Shown here: piece after piece, positions 60,701 to 64,000 of the stretch | Layout: each line of letters begins with the position of its first letter | How positions within the stretch are numbered: the stretch's first letter is position 1 | DNA from: Lytechinus pictus | Lineage: Eukaryota | DNA: 64,000 nt | Direction of reading: 5' to 3' | Assembly: GCF_037042905.1 (NCBI RefSeq) | Contig: NC_087247.1 | Coordinates: 11,408,001-11,472,000 of the forward strand | Notes under the pieces: generated by a model | Databases searched by the model: none | The model's input: only the letters and a program-made list of their open reading frames with translations | What the model was told of the DNA's origin: nothing | Program-made: the position numbers and the translations under genes

Positions 60701-62230
60701 TCAATTGCAAGTATATTTTCTGTCTCGAAATGAATTATAAGTTTTGAAATTAATTGTGAATTTGCAATTGATTTCTTATCTGCTTCGTAAGACATGCAGT
60801 GTAATCGGATTTGCTACAATTAAACTTGATCTATCAATTGTAAACTTGCAACAGAATATTTGCAATTGATTGCAAGTATTTTCTTGCAACACCCCCTAAG
60901 AAATGATTCAGAGTTGCCCATATCAGCTCTCGACAAGTGAAATCTGCCACATAGGATAAGCTTTGACATTGCAGTGGATGGGGATTTTGGGGGGCTCTTT
61001 TTTTTTATTGTCCTGTGGGCTATTTTGATAATTTTAGGGGGACATCACCCCGAACCCCCATGTAATTGTTTTCCCTGGTCTGAAGTAGTCATGGGAAGAG
61101 TAATGTGTGGAGCGTTGTGGCCATGTGGATAAGTCCTCTGACTTGGAAACAGAGAGTCGTGGGTTCGAATCCCAGCCATGGCGTAATTTCCATTAGCAAG
61201 GAATTCGTCAAAATTGTGCTGCACTCAACCCAGGTGAGATGAATGTGTACCTGGCAGGAATTATTCCTTGAAATGCCACCGCGCTGTAAAAGGCTCCAGG
61301 GCTAAAGCCAGGGTAATGATATCCAAGTCCTTTGGAAGTGCATTTGGACGTTTTGACATAATGTGATATGCACTATACAAGAACTGCATTATCATTATCC
61401 TGTGGGCTATTTTGATAATTGAGGGGCACATCACCCCGAGCCCCCATGTAGTTGTTTTCCCTGGTCTGAAGTAGCCGTCGGGGAAGTAACCATATGTTTA
61501 CCTCTGATGAATCCTTTGCAGCATGGATGTGTTGTAACGGGATGCCTGGATGCATCGGTCAAGGTCTGGTCTCATCGTGGTGTGGAGATCACCACTCTCT
61601 ATGGTCACTCACAGAAGGTCAACAAGGTGGACATTCATATACCAGACAGAGGAAGCGATGTTCCCGCAATAGGTGAGTGAAATGGGTTTGATGATGGTTT
61701 GAAGAGCAAGTCCACTCCAGCAAAAAGTTTATTTGAATGAAAAGAGAAAAATAAGACGAGCATGATGCTGGAAGTCTCGCCAAAATCAGAATTTGAGTAA
61801 GGTTGAGCTATGACTATTCAATTTCAAGGAATTGCTGATGATGAGGAAGGTGATGATGATGATGATGATGATAATGATGATGATGATGGTGGTATAGGTG
61901 GTGGTATCGGTGGTGGTACTGGTGATGTTGGTATTTGTGATGATGATGATGAGGATGATGACAATATTTATGATAACTATGATGATGAATGTGATTGCCG
62001 AAAGATGAAAAATAATGATAATCACTTCTACCCCGGTAGATGACGACAGCGATGATGAAGGCAAGGACGACACGCCTGGAGCCAACTGGTCAGATATGAT
62101 GGCAGAAGAAGAATGGAAGAATCGTCATGGGAAGAAGAAGTTGGACAAAGACGCTAATATCAACCTGGAAGAGATTATGATTGCATCGGCCAGTGATGAT
62201 GGTACCACACAGCTCTGGAAACCCCTACAG
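15019..62230 (+). CDS. TEP1: Telomerase protein component 1 / vault component TEP1 (TROVE-DUF4062-NACHT-WD40); 3' end lies beyond the window
   Basis: 40 exons splice in frame (6714 nt, ~2238 aa). TROVE: [43 protein letters not shown]4062: [27 protein letters not shown]: GKQGCGKT and IIVIDG. Multiple GH..WD repeats follow. Confidence 0.95.
16087..16221 (+). CDS. TEP1: TEP1 exon 2
   Basis: [19 protein letters not shown]; alternative acceptor 6 nt downstream. Confidence 0.9.
16280..16482. mobile_element. MITE with acaattgctcc-type TIRs and a degenerate TTAGGG-rich interior
   Basis: Related copies at 17286-17425, 32586-32800 and 59147-59330. Confidence 0.7.
17801..17962 (+). CDS. TEP1: TEP1 exon 3
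   Basis: [36 protein letters not shown]. Confidence 0.93.
18475..18571 (+). CDS. TEP1: TEP1 exon 4
   Basis: [21 protein letters not shown]. Confidence 0.92.
18775..18992 (+). mobile_element. tRNA-derived SINE with (CAT/CAC)n tail
   Basis: ggtagctcagtcggtagagc A-box head, degenerate B box, simple-repeat tail. Confidence 0.75.
19706..20227. mobile_element. Cluster of abutting MITEs; the last has TIR cccccgtcttacaaa / tttgtaagacggggg
   Basis: Inverted termini; similar to 9660-9849 and 22931-23150. Confidence 0.7.
20270..20489 (+). CDS. TEP1: TEP1 exon 5
   Basis: [22 protein letters not shown]. Confidence 0.92.
21023..21180 (+). CDS. TEP1: TEP1 exon 6
   Basis: [31 protein letters not shown]. 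Confidence 0.93.
21599..21799 (+). CDS. TEP1: TEP1 exon 7
   Basis: [26 protein letters not shown]. Confidence 0.93.
21847..22603. mobile_element. Harbinger-like MITE with internal 59-bp and ~210-bp tandem duplications
   Basis: ccctttcacacg / cgtgtgtaaagg termini; the duplicated blocks are visible. Confidence 0.65.
23159..23313. mobile_element. MITE with CAG target duplication
   Basis: tttcataaagagtt / aactctttatgaaa; relatives at ~11600-11712 and ~49657-49784. Confidence 0.75.
23531..23648 (+). CDS. TEP1: TEP1 exon 8
   Basis: AG/GT borders, phase 1/2; basic linker. Confidence 0.85.
24223..24403 (+). CDS. TEP1: TEP1 exon 9
   Basis: [25 protein letters not shown]. Confidence 0.92.
25078..25230 (+). 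CDS. TEP1: TEP1 exon 10
   Basis: [24 protein letters not shown]. Confidence 0.92.
25613..26990 (+). repeat. ~160-bp tandem array (~8 units) inside the hAT element
   Basis: tactaaa(c/a)ggacaaccagg recurs at 25781, 25941, 26101, 26261, 26441, ~26594 and 26781. Confidence 0.9.
28976..29186. mobile_element. Small MITE nested in the hAT element
   Basis: ggcgcggatcca / tggaaccgcgcc. Confidence 0.6.
30110..30187 (+). CDS. TEP1: TEP1 exon 11
   Basis: cag|IIASQEV..LRDRVE|gtgagt. Confidence 0.85.
30509..30596 (+). repeat. (ATT/GTT/CTT)n microsatellite
   Basis: Directly visible. Confidence 0.9.
31027..31172 (+). CDS. TEP1: TEP1 exon 12
   Basis: [27 protein letters not shown]. Confidence 0.9.
31278..31865 (+). 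repeat. 144-bp tandem array (4 units) within a ggcccgtattctga-family MITE remnant
   Basis: gacgtgatgc(a/g)actttccagatg at 31278, 31421, 31565 and 31709. Confidence 0.88.
32293..32446 (+). CDS. TEP1: TEP1 exon 13
   Basis: [22 protein letters not shown]. Confidence 0.92.
33124..33200 (+). CDS. TEP1: TEP1 exon 14
   Basis: AG/GT borders; phase 0/2 bridges exons 13 and 15. Confidence 0.85.
33698..34104. mobile_element. Harbinger-like MITE
   Basis: ggccaccgcacaccttacgacccaactggtct / agaccagttgggtcgtaaggtgtggggtggcc; related left end at ~25290. Confidence 0.8.
34481..34657 (+). CDS. TEP1: TEP1 exon 15 (DUF4062)
   Basis: [35 protein letters not shown]. Confidence 0.95.
35042..35284 (+). CDS. TEP1: TEP1 exon 16
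   Basis: [30 protein letters not shown]. Confidence 0.94.
36096..36335 (+). mobile_element. tRNA-derived SINE
   Basis: ggttcagttggtagagcg head and degenerate B box, followed by a non-tRNA body. Confidence 0.7.
36462..36575 (+). CDS. TEP1: TEP1 exon 17
   Basis: AG/GT borders, phase 2/2; [17 protein letters not shown]. Confidence 0.9.
36827..36947 (+). CDS. TEP1: TEP1 exon 18
   Basis: [22 protein letters not shown]. Confidence 0.92.
37532..37714 (+). CDS. TEP1: TEP1 exon 19 (NACHT Walker A)
   Basis: [20 protein letters not shown]. Confidence 0.93.
37595..38600 (+). repeat. Six-copy ~175-bp tandem array of the TEP1 exon-19 3' half + donor + G-rich spacer
   Basis: ~120-nt cores start at 37595, 37768, 37941, 38120, 38294 and 38470, each followed by gtaaga. 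Confidence 0.95.
39229..39389 (+). CDS. TEP1: TEP1 exon 20
   Basis: [18 protein letters not shown]. Confidence 0.92.
39842..40804 (+). mobile_element. Internally deleted piggyBac-like element
   Basis: TTAA on both sides; TIR ccctatcgtgacc / ggtcacgacaggg; residual acidic ORF from ATG 40126. Confidence 0.8.
40835..40988 (+). CDS. TEP1: TEP1 exon 21 (Walker B)
   Basis: [15 protein letters not shown]. Confidence 0.92.
41250..41565. mobile_element. MITE (ggcccgtattctgaa TIR family)
   Basis: TIRs present; homologous copy at 59822-60130. Confidence 0.8.
41985..42161 (+). CDS. TEP1: TEP1 exon 22
   Basis: [18 protein letters not shown]. Confidence 0.92.
42215..42455 (-). mobile_element. tRNA-derived SINE
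   Basis: Minus-strand ggttcgattccaagccatggcg B box; (TAA)n tail. Confidence 0.75.
42513..43396. mobile_element. ~880-bp TIR element (Tc1/mariner-like, TA-flanked)
   Basis: tattgccggacac / gtgtccggtaata plus inner ccggacgcgc / gcgcgtccgg. Confidence 0.65.
43921..44013 (+). CDS. TEP1: TEP1 exon 23 (GC donor)
   Basis: [31 protein letters not shown]|gcaagt. Confidence 0.9.
44120..45522. mobile_element. Kolobok-like MITE interrupted by a HINE element
   Basis: aggagaatgaaacc left end and tcattcacct right end; same family as 55772-56356. Confidence 0.7.
44272..45199 (+). mobile_element. Helentron/HINE-like element with ~162-bp tandem array (5' end damaged)
   Basis: Reverse-complement homolog of 4023-5204. 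Confidence 0.8.
45590..45825 (-). mobile_element. Degenerate tRNA-derived SINE
   Basis: Minus-strand gggttcaaatcccacc B box; body resembles the other copies. Confidence 0.6.
45861..45993 (+). CDS. TEP1: TEP1 exon 24
   Basis: [19 protein letters not shown]. Confidence 0.9.
46065..46250 (-). mobile_element. SINE 3' fragment (Nin-domain-like)
   Basis: caccggggtttccccgtactcctatacgaatagtgcagtgggttcttaa resembles the conserved Nin-SINE core as I recall it; not verified. Confidence 0.45.
46391..46571 (+). CDS. TEP1: TEP1 exon 25
   Basis: [11 protein letters not shown]..; AG/GT borders. Confidence 0.88.
47940..48049 (+). CDS. TEP1: TEP1 exon 26
   Basis: [17 protein letters not shown]. Confidence 0.88.
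48671..48870 (+). CDS. TEP1: TEP1 exon 27
   Basis: [19 protein letters not shown]. Confidence 0.92.
48918..49057. other. Assembly gap (140 N) inside a (GAT)n tract
   Basis: N run. Confidence 0.99.
49276..49557 (+). CDS. TEP1: TEP1 exon 28
   Basis: [12 protein letters not shown]. Confidence 0.9.
50418..50513 (+). CDS. TEP1: TEP1 exon 29 (WD40)
   Basis: [20 protein letters not shown]. Confidence 0.88.
51135..51259 (+). CDS. TEP1: TEP1 exon 30 (WD40)
   Basis: [23 protein letters not shown]. Confidence 0.93.
51735..51990 (+). CDS. TEP1: TEP1 exon 31 (WD40)
   Basis: [27 protein letters not shown]. Confidence 0.95.
52321..52440 (+). CDS. TEP1: TEP1 exon 32 (WD40)
   Basis: [24 protein letters not shown]. 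Confidence 0.95.
52951..53049 (+). CDS. TEP1: TEP1 exon 33 (WD40)
   Basis: [20 protein letters not shown]. Confidence 0.92.
53934..54197 (+). CDS. TEP1: TEP1 exon 34 (WD40)
   Basis: [25 protein letters not shown]. Confidence 0.92.
54889..55064 (+). CDS. TEP1: TEP1 exon 35
   Basis: [15 protein letters not shown]; AG/GT borders. Confidence 0.88.
55462..56660. mobile_element. Kolobok-like MITE (outer)
   Basis: TTAA|aggacaagtccacc .. ggtggacttgacct|TTAA; truncated relatives at ~33275 and ~61705. Confidence 0.8.
55772..56356. mobile_element. Kolobok-like MITE nested in an internal TTAA of the outer element
   Basis: TTAA|aggagaatgaaac .. gtttcattctcct|TTAA with long TIRs. Confidence 0.85.
56887..56989 (+). 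CDS. TEP1: TEP1 exon 36
   Basis: [20 protein letters not shown]. Confidence 0.9.
57816..57935 (+). CDS. TEP1: TEP1 exon 37
   Basis: [13 protein letters not shown]. Confidence 0.92.
58640..58812 (+). repeat. (CAT)n microsatellite
   Basis: Directly visible. Confidence 0.9.
58849..58956 (+). CDS. TEP1: TEP1 exon 38
   Basis: [23 protein letters not shown]. Confidence 0.93.
59359..59658 (+). mobile_element. Full-length tRNA-derived SINE
   Basis: tggcccagtgg A box, gttcgaatcc B box, (ATT)n tail. Confidence 0.85.
59688..60190. mobile_element. Tc1/mariner-like MITE with a nested MITE (59822-60130)
   Basis: ta|cagtgaaacct .. aggttcggctg; inner TIR gcccgtattctgaagtcgggtttaacttaaact. Confidence 0.7.
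60215..60655 (-). mobile_element. Decayed 3' end of a LINE ORF (Vingi/Ingi/RTEX-like)
   Basis: Minus strand reads [35 protein letters not shown], a typical LINE C-terminal zinc-knuckle region. Confidence 0.7.
60678..60896. mobile_element. MITE
   Basis: ggggtattgcacgaaa / tttcttgcaacacccc; relative at ~34744. Confidence 0.65.
61108..61398 (+). mobile_element. Full-length tRNA-derived SINE
   Basis: Same head as the copy at 59359; B box gttcgaatcc. Confidence 0.85.
61522..61672 (+). CDS. TEP1: TEP1 exon 39
   Basis: [19 protein letters not shown]. Confidence 0.92.
61835..62020 (+). repeat. (GAT/GGT)n microsatellite
   Basis: Directly visible. Confidence 0.85.
62040..62230 (+). CDS. TEP1: TEP1 exon 40
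   Basis: Acidic insert, then [15 protein letters not shown]|gtgagg. Confidence 0.88.
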
Positions 62231-62439
62231 GTGAGGTCCTGTGAAACCATATGTCTTCAAATTTTTTTTTTCTTTGTTATCTTGATTGATGAGATATGTA
62301 GCCACTTTCGTTCTTTTCAGAATGATCTCTCTTGTCTTTACTTCATTTTTCTTTCTCTGTATATCTTTAACTTTATCCCATCTTTCATTTGCTTCCTTTA
62401 AAAAAAATTCTTCTCAGAAATTTCACTTTCTAAGGTCAT

Positions 62440-62790
62440 TTCATTTTCCTGATTTTTTTTTCTCTTTATTATTGTTTTTTTTTTCATTCTTCTTTTTGTT
62501 CATCTTCTTCCCCTTCCCTCCTTCTTCCCATTTCTCTTCTCATTCCTCTGCCTCTTTCTCTTCTTCCTTGTCTTCTCCTATCTATTCCTCTTCTTCTTTC
62601 GAATCCTTCCTCTTCCTTTTCTCTCGTCCCTTTCTCTTCTTTTTCCTCTTCCTCCTTCCCTGTCTCCTTTATCAAAATTCTTCCCCCTCAATTTCCCTTT
62701 TCCTTCTTTTCTCTTTTTACACTCCTGTTCCTTTTCCCTTTTCTTTTTCCCACTTACCTTTTTATTTCTTTCTCTTTCCTTCCTCTGTTT
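62440..62790 (+). repeat. CT-rich low-complexity tract
   Basis: Directly visible. Confidence 0.85.
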
Positions 62791-64000
62791 ACATTAATTA
62801 AAAAATCTCCTTGCTTATTGAATCTGTTTCTCTAAGGTCTCAAATTGGGCTTCTTTAGTTGGATCTGACAAGGAGAATATCATGAATTTTAATTCAGGCA
62901 TTACTGTGAGTCTCTGCCTGTAAAAGCACACAGCAAATTATATATGTGCATGTTCACTTGCACTCCGATATTATTTTACTTCTTTAAAAGTTCCTAATAG
63001 GCCTGAGTCGGTCACTCCCCCCCCCCCTGAACTCAATATGTACAGTTGTATATTATATTGGATGGCTCAGAATGGAATATCAGATATATTCCAAGAGTTA
63101 AGGCCAATATTGCATGAATCATAGATGAGTGCAATATTATTATTATCATTATCATCATCACCATCATATATTGGCCCTTAGGAGTGGATTAATTTCTGGT
63201 ATTCCATAAAATAAAGCCATCCAATGTAATTATTACTATCTATCCCCCCCTAAAGTAAAAAAATTGATTAGGCAAGTCATGTCACTAATTCCTACAATCA
63301 GTAAATATCGCCTCACTCCATAAAATCAATTTGATTGTTACGACTCACATGTAAACTCACTATGACGTCATTGCGCTCTATGCTGTGCAACGCATGGCAT
63401 TAATTGTTTTACGCATTGTATTTTTCGCACATGGGCATTAGACTATTGAATACGGTCTCGTATTGAACAGCAAGATTTGTACAGAAGCCTATGGGATATT
63501 TATCGGATATTGGTCCTTTGTTCAATATGCTGTCGTATTGAACAGGCAAATTATGCAGACTAAGATACGTGTTTTGTGATGCATCGCAGAAACACTTTAT
63601 TAGATAATAATCCTCAATACTTCTTACAAAATTTGTTTTTGGGGAAAATGAAATATCAATGATTTTTAAACATTCTAAATGCTCAAATTCCTGAGATCCA
63701 TTTGACAAAAGACTTTTGAAGTGACCCAGCCCTAGTCCCTACTATAAATGTTGTATGGAGCCAAATGGTGATTCTTGCCCGCTATGACCATCATTAACCT
63801 TTCAACCTTTGAGCATTGATGTACTTGGCATGTATTTATGTATTATATACTGATGCTTCATTAAGTTAAGTTTCTTTCACAGATAAGAAAAGCCCTTCCA
63901 TTCTTATCGACAGAAACGGCATCCTCTTTCATGATCGTGCAAATATATAGCTTTAATCGGCCATGTTCATACATGTACCTCCAAATCAAATGTCTCGGCA

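Noticed and set aside
62286-62801. Long ORFs in low-complexity DNA (also 11856-12203, 48880-49380, 58632-59043, 7336-7803)
   Set aside because: They arise from simple repeats, or are antisense/intronic extensions of real exons.

Overview
This is AT-rich, intron-rich animal genomic DNA. The repeat content suggests an invertebrate deuterostome such as a sea urchin, but that is inference. Two spliced genes lie head-to-head around a shared ~300-bp GC-rich promoter near 13.5-13.75 kb. On the minus strand is the 5' part of a kinesin-6 gene (KIF23/MKLP1): ATG at 13439, 9 constitutive coding exons down to 492, plus a candidate 24-nt microexon, running off the left edge. On the plus strand is TEP1 (telomerase/vault-associated protein 1): ATG at 15019, 40 phase-consistent coding exons to 62230 (~2238 aa; TROVE, DUF4062, NACHT and WD40 domains), running off the right edge. 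One TEP1 intron is GC-AG. The introns are packed with non-autonomous DNA transposons (Harbinger-, Kolobok-, hAT-, piggyBac- and Tc1/mariner-like elements, Helentron/HINE-like elements), tRNA-derived SINEs, a LINE remnant, microsatellites and one 140-N gap. I see no prokaryote-type system, CRISPR array or intact transposase. The most unusual features are a six-copy array of the NACHT Walker-A half-exon with its donor site and G-run spacers, recurrent duplications anchored on TEP1 splice junctions, the KIF23 microexon, and a piggyBac remnant abutting a TEP1 acceptor.
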